A stretch of DNA of 64,000 nucleotides from Verrucomicrobiota bacterium (lineage in GTDB: Bacteria > Verrucomicrobiota > Verrucomicrobiia > Opitutales > Seribacteraceae), in assembly GCA_027622665.1 (NCBI GenBank), contig JAQBYT010000007.1, positions 80,299 through 144,298 on the forward strand, given 5' to 3'. Position 1 is the stretch's first letter, and every line of letters begins with the position of its first letter. Shown here in pieces: positions 51,862 through 61,092 of this stretch. The position numbers were made by a program, and so were the translations under genes. The notes beneath the pieces are model-generated. The model had not been told where the DNA came from. It saw only the letters and a list, made by a program, of their open reading frames with translations, and did not search any database.

Positions 51862-52154
51862 TACTCCTTAGCCGCAAGGATGTGGCTCGAGCATTCAACC
51901 AAGATTTCGTCTACAGGGAGGTGGACGTGAATCCTGATCACCAGTGTCGATTCCCTTTCGTTAAGGGAGCAGGCGCCGAACAGATTCATGGAAACCCGTA
52001 GAGAAACAGTCACGTCCCATTCGCCTCCCAGGAGCATATCCTCGTGTGGTTTGGACATGGCGGGCGGTTTACGTCTTTCTCCAATGGATTCCACGGTTCG
52101 TTCGGCAGCTTCCTCGGAATGTCTCGACACGTAGCTCTAGGAAAGAAAACACCA

Positions 52155-52445
52155 ATGGAATCCATCCAAAACGAATCCGGAAGCATCGTGAACTTTTCCC
52201 GTTCCGTATCTCCCGCGCTTGATCTCCACACGAACAAAGAGGAAATTGCCGCATTAGGCCTTAAGGAAGGCTTGAACGAGCAGCTCGCTCCCAACGAGAT
52301 CGGTCGCTGGGTACGGAAGCTGACTGATATGGACGAAGGAGACGCTCTCGAGCGTGGTCGCGCCCTCGCCGAAGATTCCGCTTGGCCTCAAGTTGATGCC
52401 CTCGACTTGCTTGCCGAACGAATCCTGGCCCACGAGGAATTCTGA
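52155..52445 (+). CDS. Hypothetical protein, weakly FlgM-like
   Basis: 96 aa; C-terminal ..LERGRALAEDSAWP..DALDLLAERIL pattern. Confidence 0.55.
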   Translation: MESIQNESGSIVNFSRSVSPALDLHTNKEEIAALGLKEGLNEQLAPNEIGRWVRKLTDMDEGDALERGRALAEDSAWPQVDALDLLAERILAHEEF

Positions 52446-52661
52446 AATCCTCTTACGTGCAATAGAAGAAGTTTTCGCAACAGGCGCTTGAAATAGCCGG
52501 CACGGGATCGATCTTGAAGGGATCGTTCCCAATCGCTGTTTGCACACTCGGGTCGCAAGGATTCCGGTTTTGGGCGACGTTGCCGCCGGACGTCCTTCTT
52601 GAACACCGCCCGTCTGATCGTTCCCCCTGTCTCGTTAGCCGATAATGGTCGGCTCGTCGGC

Positions 52662-53156
52662 TCAGGCTTCCCCTTTTTTCGGGAAGTCGAACTCGATGAG
52701 TTCCGCCCGTCCCACCTCCACCTCCGACCAGTTGTTGCATGGTATTTTCAAGGCCACGATACCGCAGGTGGGCACGTTGTCTATGGCGAGGTTTCCCAGA
52801 AGATTGGCCAGCCAAGTGATGGTGGGATTGTGGGCGACGACGAGCGCGGACATCGCCTCGTCTTCCATCTCTTGGATGAAGTCGAGCATTTGAGAGGACG
52901 AAGCCTCGTAGAGTTTCGGTTCGAGCAGGAGATCTCCCTCGTATCCCCATTCCTTGGCCAAAATAGCGGCGGTGGTACGGGCCCGGACGGCGGCACTGCA
53001 TAGGATGATGTCCGCGGTGCGGTGCTTTTCGGCTAACCGACGCCCCATTTCGGGGGCATCGCGCTCGCCGCGATCGTTGAGGGTGCGCTCGAAGTCGGAG
53101 AGACCCGAGTCGTCCCAAGATGATTTCGCGTGTCTGCCGAGGAATAGGGTTTTCAT
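52662..53156 (-). CDS. sixA: Histidine phosphatase, SixA family
   Basis: RHAKSSW, DFERTLNDRG, SAAVRARTTA, LYEA, AHNP. Confidence 0.9.
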   Translation of the reverse strand: MKTLFLGRHAKSSWDDSGLSDFERTLNDRGERDAPEMGRRLAEKHRTADIILCSAAVRARTTAAILAKEWGYEGDLLLEPKLYEASSSQMLDFIQEMEDEAMSALVVAHNPTITWLANLLGNLAIDNVPTCGIVALKIPCNNWSEVEVGRAELIEFDFPKKGEA

Positions 53157-53273
53157 GATGTTGAGGTTGCCGGGATGGTGGCCCGAAGGCAAGCGGAGCG
53201 GTTATGAATCCTACGTTTTCGCGTTGCGCAGAGAATGTTTCAAGGCGATGATGTGGTTGTGAATCTTACACGT

Positions 53274-53837
53274 ATGCTAGGTTTTGTTTTGGTCCTTGCC
53301 CTAGTGGGCTGTGGTTCCGACGGGCCCGAAGAGGCCAAGCCGGTTTCGCCCGATCTTGCTCCGGATCCGGTAGTTTCGCGCGACTCAATGCCCGATGCGC
53401 CCGATTTGACCTACATTCCGGGATCGGATCGCGACGCGAGCGAGATCATGCGCGATTTCGGTCAACCTATCAGCGCGCTACCCGTTATGGATTCCAACCA
53501 ATCCGTCTTGGGGCAGGATGGGAAAGTCTATTACCCTGGCAATGAAGGGGCCTTGTTTACCGGCAAATTGAGGGAGCTTTATCCCGACGGCAGACCCGCT
53601 TTCGAGTCTTCTTACCTAGAGGGCGTTCCGCACGGCAACCAGTTGCGTTGGCACGAGAGCGGTCATCTGGCCTTGGAGTCTTTGTTTGAGGATGGGCGGC
53701 TAGTGGGTATGAAAACGCGATGGTGGCCGGATGGTCGCAAGCGCGAGGAGGAATACTGGAGCGACGGTCGTTTTCGCGGAAGACGTCTCTGGGACTCGGA
53801 TGGTCGCCTGACTCGCGAAGAGTTGGTGAACTTCTGA
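53274..53837 (+). CDS. MORN-variant repeat (YwqK-like) lipoprotein
   Basis: LVGC lipobox; FTG..RELYPDG, G.PHG...WHESG repeats. Confidence 0.8.
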   Translation: MLGFVLVLALVGCGSDGPEEAKPVSPDLAPDPVVSRDSMPDAPDLTYIPGSDRDASEIMRDFGQPISALPVMDSNQSVLGQDGKVYYPGNEGALFTGKLRELYPDGRPAFESSYLEGVPHGNQLRWHESGHLALESLFEDGRLVGMKTRWWPDGRKREEEYWSDGRFRGRRLWDSDGRLTREELVNF

Positions 53838-53850
53838 GGTATTGCCCCCT

Positions 53851-54717
53851 TTAACGGTTTCGCTCGACGATATCTTCGAGGTAACCCTCGAGAGCATTCA
53901 AGCGAATGACGGAAAGATTTTCAAAAGCACCGTCTTTCTCGATTTTCTGGATGGCCTGAAATTGGTGGTCGGGCATGTCGTTTGGAGTTACTACAACGAG
54001 ATATCGAGCTTCTAGGCGATAGGCGGTATCTCCAAGAATGCGGGTTAATTCGAATTCCTTTCCGGAATCCCAATTGAAGACCACCTCCATCCCAAGGTTG
54101 ATTTCGGGAATCCAGAAATCGGTTTGGTTGGGAGAATAGTTTAGGGATAGTAGTAATTTGCTTTTGCCGATTTGTTGTCGACATGCTCCGAGCAGGTCTG
54201 AAATCCGTTCGCCGTGGTTTTGAATAAATTCTTGATCCCTCTTAATGAGAGATTCAAGATATTCGGTAACCTTTCCGTTGAAGATCGATTGAGCTCGATC
54301 AAGAGCGAAATCCCGAAGCTTCGAGTTCGGGGTGAGCTGCTGTAAGATAGAGTCTGAGCTTGGTGGCGAAGTTTCGGGGTGGGTGCTTTCGATCCGACGT
54401 TGGCGAACTACGACGTCTAGGTCGACGGGGAAGGATATGGACCTAGTGGCGAGGTCGCAACTCCCTTCCTTCCTTCTGACTTTCGCCATACTTTCCCTAA
54501 CCCAAGTGGCAAGAACGATGGCTTCGGGGCATCGGTCGTAGCCATGTGACCGGAAATTTTTCACCCACTCGCGAAAACACCTTACCCCTTGGTTGAGACG
54601 GTCGTAGGGAGTATCGATCCGATCGATAACCGACGCAATCTCTTCAAGGAGATCACGGTCGTCGCGCCAATTGTTACGAGCTAGGTGACTAGAATTTTCA
54701 CCATCGGCGGGGGGCAT
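53851..54717 (-). CDS. Hypothetical protein
   Basis: Long ORF with protein-like composition; C-terminal TDFWIPEINLGMEV. Confidence 0.7.
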   Translation of the reverse strand: MPPADGENSSHLARNNWRDDRDLLEEIASVIDRIDTPYDRLNQGVRCFREWVKNFRSHGYDRCPEAIVLATWVRESMAKVRRKEGSCDLATRSISFPVDLDVVVRQRRIESTHPETSPPSSDSILQQLTPNSKLRDFALDRAQSIFNGKVTEYLESLIKRDQEFIQNHGERISDLLGACRQQIGKSKLLLSLNYSPNQTDFWIPEINLGMEVVFNWDSGKEFELTRILGDTAYRLEARYLVVVTPNDMPDHQFQAIQKIEKDGAFENLSVIRLNALEGYLEDIVERNR

Positions 54718-54748
54718 TGCTGTGTGGGGGGGGGAGAGCCGGCCAGGG

Positions 54749-55255
54749 TCAGTCGGCCTTTTCTCCCTTTTCAGGTTCTTCCGCATCGTCGCCGGAAGTT
54801 TCGTCTGCGTCTTCAGCCGTAGCCTCTTCTGCTTCTTCCGTGGTTTCGGCAGCTTCCTCTACCGCATCTTCGGAAGTTTCGTCGGCGCTGTCATCGGAAG
54901 TTTCGTCTGCGTTTTCAGCCGTAGCTTCTTCTGCTTCTTCCGTGGTTTCGGCAGCTTCCTCTTCCGCATCGTTGCCGGAAGTTTCGTCGGAGGCTTTTAT
55001 CTCCTCTTCAGCGGGGGCTTCCTCGGCAACCTCTTCGACGGCGGTTGGTTCCGGCTCGGGAGCAGGTTCCGATTTGGAAACGGGAACCGATTCCTCGACC
55101 TCTTCTTCCGCTGGTTTGGGAGCGGACTTGGCTTTTGCCGGAGTTTTCTCCGGATTGCGTTTCCAGCGTTCTACGATGGCTGTGGCCTCGGCAATATGAT
55201 GGCCGGCGTAGCGTTCTTCTGTCTTTAGTACTTTGCGTGCGATTCGCAGGTTCAT
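54749..55255 (-). CDS. Hypothetical protein, basic head and acidic low-complexity tail
   Basis: MNLRIARKVLK then E/A/D/T-rich tail with a 34-aa duplication. Confidence 0.7.
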   Translation of the reverse strand: MNLRIARKVLKTEERYAGHHIAEATAIVERWKRNPEKTPAKAKSAPKPAEEEVEESVPVSKSEPAPEPEPTAVEEVAEEAPAEEEIKASDETSGNDAEEEAAETTEEAEEATAENADETSDDSADETSEDAVEEAAETTEEAEEATAEDADETSGDDAEEPEKGEKAD

Positions 55256-55344
55256 GATAAATAAGCAGATTGCGGATATTGAAAAGGGATTAGACCTTAA
55301 CAAAACAATTGCTCTACGCAAGCGTTCAGTTACTCTTGTTTTTT

Positions 55345-56169
55345 GTGAAGTTTTGCTTGTTGTTTCGTTTCCTGTCCGGTTGCTCCATTCTCGGGTTGTT
55401 GTCGGTGGCTAATTCTTCCGTTGCGCAGACAGAGTCTCCTGCTTCGCCAACTCCCCTGCCTTTGCCTGGTAGTGCTAAGGGTTCCCCAGAAAAGCCCGCA
55501 ACTGGAGTGTCGACTTCAAGCGTTCCGGATCCGACGGAGGCTCCCGCAATACCCGAGTACGAGGTGCTTCGCGTGCTTTCTCCGGGTGTCTTCGACGTGG
55601 TTGTGGGAAATTTCCAAGTACGGTTTCGAGCTTGGGGAGTAGGGTTTCCCAAGAGAGATCAACCGGGTTATCGCGAAGCCCTGCGTTTTAGTGAACAGCA
55701 ATTGCTCGCTTCCAAGGTTAATCTAAAAACCAAACAAGAGTTCGATCTCAAAAATTTGAAACTCGTCGATGTTTTGCCCGTCGGGAGCCAAACGACCTTT
55801 AGTCGTCAGGCGATTTTGTCGGGCCACGGTTGGCATCTGGAAAAGGAGACGAATCGTTACGGATCTTTTACTTTGGCTCAAATGAAAGCCAAGAGAATGG
55901 TGTTGGGCGTATGGAGGACACCGTTAGCTTACACCCAAGCCGATGATGCCTCGGCCATGCCTATGCCCAAGCCCAGGCTTCCGGGGGCCTTGTTTCGTCA
56001 ACAACAGGGAGTCCCCACCGCAGGAATCTCGTACTGGGTGTCGTCCCTCGGCAAGGTTCACCAGCCGGGATGCGCCTTTTATCGCAAGGGCAGGGGATTA
56101 ATATCCAACACCCCGCAAGGCTATGATTGTCGTATATGCGGCGGCCGAAACGGCAAGGGTACCCGGTAG
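55345..56169 (+). CDS. Thermonuclease (SNase)-like secreted protein with C-terminal His/Cys motif
   Basis: VLRV..P..FDV, RFRAWGVGFP, AQMKAK...LGVW; KVHQPGC..Y...CRICGG. Confidence 0.7.
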   Translation: MKFCLLFRFLSGCSILGLLSVANSSVAQTESPASPTPLPLPGSAKGSPEKPATGVSTSSVPDPTEAPAIPEYEVLRVLSPGVFDVVVGNFQVRFRAWGVGFPKRDQPGYREALRFSEQQLLASKVNLKTKQEFDLKNLKLVDVLPVGSQTTFSRQAILSGHGWHLEKETNRYGSFTLAQMKAKRMVLGVWRTPLAYTQADDASAMPMPKPRLPGALFRQQQGVPTAGISYWVSSLGKVHQPGCAFYRKGRGLISNTPQGYDCRICGGRNGKGTR

Positions 56170-56189
56170 GGCATCGACCTTTCGGCGAC

Positions 56190-56978
56190 TTAAAACGCGA
56201 GACCTTCCAGCGCTTTTCCGATACCGAAGGCGGCCAAGGCGGCAATGCCGCCGACGAGTAACATTTCCATTCCCGAACCAAGCCACGATCGGCCCGTTAA
56301 TCTGGTTTTGAAGGTACCTAGGGCAAACAAGGTTAGAGCAGTCAGCAAGCATGCCCAAGGAAAGCCGTCGAAATTTGGTCCAAGATCGAGCACTCGTCCC
56401 GCAACGTAGCTGAGGAGGGGAAGAAAGCCAAAAGTGGCGAAGGATATGAAGGTCGCCACTGCATTTCCAATGGGGGAATGATCGGATTCGTGGAGACCGA
56501 GCTCCTCGACCATCATGACGTCGACCATGGCTTCTTTGTTCTTGGCCATTATTTCCACTATTTGAAGGGCGTCCGCCTCGGCTATTCCCTTCCGCACGTA
56601 TAGCTCGGCAAGTTCGCGCTTTTCCCCTTCGGGGTAGTTTTCCAACTCCCACGTTTCTCTTTCTCGTTCTGATTCCAGATACTCACGTTCGGCTTTCCCG
56701 CTGAGAAATTCTCCGAAAGCCATGGCCAGACCGTCGGCGATCAGATTGGCAAAGCCAAGTATCAGCACCACTCCGGGTTGAAGGGATGCGCCCGCCACTC
56801 CCGCGACCACGGCAAACGTAGTGATGATTCCGTCGAGTCCCCCGTAGACTATACTCTTAAGGTATTTGCCTTCGCCTGCGTCATGCGGTTCGTGGCCTGC
56901 TTCGTGGGCGGCGCGAGCTGCCTCCACGTCACGATTGCGGTAAGCTTGCTTAGCTTTGTCCAATCTTCTCGTGAGCAT
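56190..56978 (-). CDS. VIT1/CCC1 family Fe/Mn transporter
   Basis: VYGGLDGIITTFAVVAG, ANLIADGLAMAFGEFLS, MMVEELG. Confidence 0.93.
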   Translation of the reverse strand: MLTRRLDKAKQAYRNRDVEAARAAHEAGHEPHDAGEGKYLKSIVYGGLDGIITTFAVVAGVAGASLQPGVVLILGFANLIADGLAMAFGEFLSGKAEREYLESERERETWELENYPEGEKRELAELYVRKGIAEADALQIVEIMAKNKEAMVDVMMVEELGLHESDHSPIGNAVATFISFATFGFLPLLSYVAGRVLDLGPNFDGFPWACLLTALTLFALGTFKTRLTGRSWLGSGMEMLLVGGIAALAAFGIGKALEGLAF

Positions 56979-57069
56979 AATTTTGTTTTTTTGGTTTCCC
57001 CGTTTACAAGATGATCTACATTATCAATAGTATTGATTTGCTCACAAACCACAAATCCAAGGTTTTTCC

Positions 57070-57816
57070 ATGAATAATCGATGTTTTTTCGTATTTCTCT
57101 CATCCCTCTTTTGCTTTGTCGGCGGTCTGCTTGCTAAAGAAGACAATGCAGCGAGTGTATCCAAGGAGGACGCCGAAGTCTTGGAAGCCTTGGGGGCGTC
57201 CGTGGGAACCAATTTTCACAAATTCGGTTTTGATGATAAGGAGTTGGAGTTTTTCCTGAAAGGCTTACGCCTAGGGCTTGCGGGCGAAGTAAAGGAGGAA
57301 CATATTCGCAGTATGGGGCCTCGCATTCAGGCTTTCATGCGTCCTCGCATGGAGGCGGAGCAAGCTCGAGACCGCGAAGAGGAAAAGAAGCTCATGGCCA
57401 ACCTGCGGGTGCCGATGGATCTTGAAATCCAAACTTCGGAGGGCGAAAAGACGACGCTTGGCGATCTGGTCAAGGGCAAGAAGGGAGTATTGTTGGATTT
57501 CTGGGCTTCTTGGTGTGGCCCGTGTATGACTTTGATGCCCGAACTGGAGAAAAAGGCAAAAAAACTGGGCCCCAAAGGAATTGTGGTGGCAGGTATGAAT
57601 ACTGAAAACGCGGGTAAGGCCGAAATCGTGCGTAACAAACGCAAAATTGCATTTTCTTGGTTGGTGGAACCCGATGGCAGACCCTTGAGCCAGATGCTGA
57701 AAATCAACTCGATACCCCGTATGATTCTTGTCGCACCCGATGGCAAAGTTCTCTTTAACGGTCATCCGATGGACGATCAATTGGTTTCCACCTTGGCCGA
57801 CCTTGGAGTTAAGTGA
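57070..57816 (+). CDS. TlpA-family oxidoreductase with FKBP-N-like helical N-domain
   Basis: Signal peptide, ALGASVG..FLKGLRLGLAG, then LLDFWASWCGPC and SIP. Confidence 0.85.
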   Translation: MNNRCFFVFLSSLFCFVGGLLAKEDNAASVSKEDAEVLEALGASVGTNFHKFGFDDKELEFFLKGLRLGLAGEVKEEHIRSMGPRIQAFMRPRMEAEQARDREEEKKLMANLRVPMDLEIQTSEGEKTTLGDLVKGKKGVLLDFWASWCGPCMTLMPELEKKAKKLGPKGIVVAGMNTENAGKAEIVRNKRKIAFSWLVEPDGRPLSQMLKINSIPRMILVAPDGKVLFNGHPMDDQLVSTLADLGVK

Positions 57817-57826
57817 CCTGATCTAG

Positions 57827-58783
57827 ATGACGAAACAATTCCAACTGTCTTTCTTTGCCGGTTGCTTTTTCGCCGCAATGAATTGCCTTGTTTCGGCGGC
57901 GCCAAGCGCTGCCGACCAGAGTCTGTTGAGAAAAGCCCAAATCCAGTTTCAAAAACATGGAGGCGTTTGTATTTGTAAAGATTGCCGCACTTTAAGAGAG
58001 CAGCTTAAAAATCAGAAGCTTATCCCGGGTAAACTTGGTGAACGACCTGCGGGGAAACCCCTTTTCGAAGGTCTTGGCCAAAAGCGACCGACAACTCCTT
58101 CCCCTCCCTCCCGTCCGATCCCCGCAACAGTTACGCAACAGCCAAAAGCCTCGGTTCTTCACAAAGTGACGAAAGGTCGACATCTTCAACCTTTTCGTAA
58201 CATCGTGTTTCCGCCGATGGCTCGAATACCACCCGTGCTGACCAAATCCACGAAACGCAAGACGCACGGGGTTCGGATCCCTGACCCACGTCCCGGCGCA
58301 CTGGCCCTACTTGCTCCGCAGCCCCGTCCTTCCGTTCCTTTTGGCTCGCCTCCCGGGCCACCTCCGTCTTCACGTCCTCCCGGACCGCCGCCTACCTTTC
58401 GTCCTCCTGCTGTCGCCACATCCGGAGGCGCCACCGGTTTGCCTGGGCGAGCCGTTGGTATTCCTATGCAAACCGGGATAAGCGGGGGGCTTCCCGGTCG
58501 TCCGGTTTCGATTCCTTCGGTTCAGGGTCTACCCGGGCGACCAGTTACTTCGCAAGGCGCGGGTGGATTGCCGGGAAGACCTCGCTCGACCACTTCCCCC
58601 CAACGCCCGGCCACCAATCCACAGTCTCCCGACGGGAGCCTGCAAGCCAAGGTACAGGCTCTGATCCAAAAAGGCGTGCCCACTGCAGCCATCAACAAGC
58701 AGACGGGCATCGTGAGAATGAATCTGCAAGGGCAGTACTTGGATGCCGGGGGAAGCGTGATCGTCGGTCGGCGACAGCGCTGA
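57827..58783 (+). CDS. Hypothetical secreted Pro/Gly-rich protein
   Basis: Signal peptide, CICKDC, four GLPGR repeats. Confidence 0.65.
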   Translation: MTKQFQLSFFAGCFFAAMNCLVSAAPSAADQSLLRKAQIQFQKHGGVCICKDCRTLREQLKNQKLIPGKLGERPAGKPLFEGLGQKRPTTPSPPSRPIPATVTQQPKASVLHKVTKGRHLQPFRNIVFPPMARIPPVLTKSTKRKTHGVRIPDPRPGALALLAPQPRPSVPFGSPPGPPPSSRPPGPPPTFRPPAVATSGGATGLPGRAVGIPMQTGISGGLPGRPVSIPSVQGLPGRPVTSQGAGGLPGRPRSTTSPQRPATNPQSPDGSLQAKVQALIQKGVPTAAINKQTGIVRMNLQGQYLDAGGSVIVGRRQR

Positions 58784-59110
58784 CGCCGCTTTTAAGCGTC
58801 CAGTCTCTCGTGTCTACGTGCTCTTCGCCCTCGGGTTGCCACATTTGGCGGCGGATTTTCCTGTTGTTGAGTTAGAAGTCCTTTGCTGGAAGGTTTCGGT
58901 CGGCGTGCCATCGGCGCCAAGCTTGGTTCTAATAGAATTCCCTATGCGATTTAATAGGGTGTGCATAGAGCAATACCTTGGATTTTTTTTGCAGAATGCA
59001 AGTTCGAGTTTCAAGGATTTCGGACGAGGCGTACGCTATGTTTTCTCCATCAAGCATTTGTGCGTTTGAATTTTTTTTGTCCAAGGTTATATATGAATTT
59101 CTTTTAAGTT

Positions 59111-60274
59111 ATGTATAATTCTTCTCCGAGCTTTCCGCCCTTTTCTCTTTCACGCCTCATGTCCACTTGTTTTGGGCATGGAGAAGGGGAGGGGGATCGG
59201 CTCTGCATATTGATTGATCTTCCGGATCTTTCCTTGATGCATGGTCTTGCCTTTTTGAACGATGACGGTTTTGCCGTCCAGAAATACGCCTATGAAACTT
59301 TTCACAAAGGTTTCAACGGCGAGTTATTGGCCGAGTTGAAGTATCGTCAAAACGATTTTTTTGCATTCAATACCACGGGTGGCAGCAACCTGGACCCCGA
59401 TGATGAGGTGACCGATGCCGGCGGGGCCGACCTCAGTTTGGAGCGAGACGTTTATCCTCACTACGATCTCATTTTAGCGATTACCGATTATTCCCTCACT
59501 GCACCCCTCACTGCCATGGCTAAGAAGCACGGTTTTCGGGGCGCCACCCTGCATGGAGTGAACCCAATAATCTTGGAGTCAGGTCTTTCAGTCGATTATC
59601 GCGATGTCAGTGTCCAAGCCGAGCGCTTTCGCACCGCCCTTACCTTGTCGGATGCCTTTGAACTCGATTTTGAGGCATTGGGAGAGACTACGACCCTACG
59701 CATCGAGTGTGGTGGGCAGGAGGCCCAGAAAAGTCACGGCCTATGTCCACGTGGCAAACCCGACGTGGCCAACCTTCCTGCAGGCGAAGTATATTTTGTG
59801 CCAACCGGGGCATCCGGGGCTTTTCCATTTCGTTTTCCGGATGGTACGCTCGCCCGCATGCAGGTCAGGGACGGAGCCATTGTCGAGGCCGAATTACTGA
59901 GTGGCGACCCCGAACTCGTAGCCGCCCGCAACAATAAGCTAAAAGAGGATCCCGCAACGGGTATTCTAGGTGAACTCGGTTTCGGCACTCAGGTTCTCCC
60001 CTTTTCGGGCCGCGATATTCAGGACGAAAAGATTCTCGGCACCTGTCACGTCGCAACAGGCAGGAGCGATCATCTCGGCGGCAGCCTCACGCCCGATCTA
60101 TTTGCTTCTAGGAAAAACGCCTCGCACGACGACATTCTTTACGCTCCGCCCAAGACGCCTGAAATCAACGTGCCCGAGGTTCGCATGTACCGCAACGGCG
60201 AATCTCAAGTCGTGCTTGCAGGATACCAGCCTTCGGACTACCTTAAGAATGCAATTGGACTAAACGGAAGTTGA
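59111..60274 (+). CDS. Aminopeptidase-like protein (M29/thermophilic metalloprotease-related)
   Basis: NLPAGEVYFVP, GELGFG, DEKILGTCHVATGRSDHLGG, HDD. Confidence 0.75.
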   Translation: MYNSSPSFPPFSLSRLMSTCFGHGEGEGDRLCILIDLPDLSLMHGLAFLNDDGFAVQKYAYETFHKGFNGELLAELKYRQNDFFAFNTTGGSNLDPDDEVTDAGGADLSLERDVYPHYDLILAITDYSLTAPLTAMAKKHGFRGATLHGVNPIILESGLSVDYRDVSVQAERFRTALTLSDAFELDFEALGETTTLRIECGGQEAQKSHGLCPRGKPDVANLPAGEVYFVPTGASGAFPFRFPDGTLARMQVRDGAIVEAELLSGDPELVAARNNKLKEDPATGILGELGFGTQVLPFSGRDIQDEKILGTCHVATGRSDHLGGSLTPDLFASRKNASHDDILYAPPKTPEINVPEVRMYRNGESQVVLAGYQPSDYLKNAIGLNGS

Positions 60275-60290
60275 GTTTGACTTGGAGAGC

Positions 60291-60650
60291 ATGAAACTTA
60301 AAAGCACATCCGGCAGGCGATTGCTTTTTCTCCTTTGTCTCTCACTTCCGTTTTACCAAGTCTTTGCCTTTCGCCCTGCCCCCAAGGCGCCTCGGGCTCC
60401 TTCCGCTCCACGGGCGGTAGGCACTTTCTCCATTCGGAAAGCGCCGCTTGCTCCCAAGATTAAACTGGCTCCGAAAGCAGCTTTCGCCCCGCGCGCTTCC
60501 CTTGCCCCACCGGCTCCCAGCGTTAAACGACCGAAAGGCGTTCACAGGTCTAGGGCTGTAAGGGGCGTACCTTACGTAGTTCGGGTTCGTACTCCTCGCA
60601 GAGTGCCACTGGTTCGCCGTGTCCCGGTAGTTCATTCCTCGTTACGCTAA
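60291..60650 (+). CDS. Hypothetical secreted basic protein with APK/APR repeats
   Basis: Signal-like N-terminus, repeated AP(K/R)A. Confidence 0.45.
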   Translation: MKLKSTSGRRLLFLLCLSLPFYQVFAFRPAPKAPRAPSAPRAVGTFSIRKAPLAPKIKLAPKAAFAPRASLAPPAPSVKRPKGVHRSRAVRGVPYVVRVRTPRRVPLVRRVPVVHSSLR

Positions 60651-61092
60651 GCAACCTGAGCCCGCCTTGAATTTTCCAGTTTAAACATAATTCGGGATGT
60701 GAATTTTTCCGAGTTTTACATCCACTTCTTTTTGTGAATGCGTAATTTTTGCAGCGTTCATTTTCCGGCTCCCTGCGCAGGCCATTTTCTAGTTGGCATT
60801 GAAAACTGCTTTTCTTGGATCTTGTGAGGATTATTTCTCAATCCTTTATTTTATCCTTATATGCTTACTATTAATAACTTGCGGGATGTCGAAAAAGATT
60901 TTTATCGTGAAGTTGCATTATTTTATCATTCTCCGCTAATAATACTTGCGTAACCTTGTTACTCAACCTTTGAAGCCCAAAGACATTAGCCAACTCAGTT
61001 ACCCTTCTGAAGGGAGTCTCCGCGTGCGCTCGCATGTGGGAGGAATATTTACTTTTTTTGCTACTTTCTCAGATTTGAGGCATATTGTTGCA

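Noticed and set aside
58814..59069. Short overlapping ORFs in the intergenic region
   Set aside because: No motifs or start context; not supportable
60793..60812. Sigma-54 promoter upstream of the adhesin (TGGCA...CTGC)
   Set aside because: GG-to-GC spacing is 11 rather than the required 10
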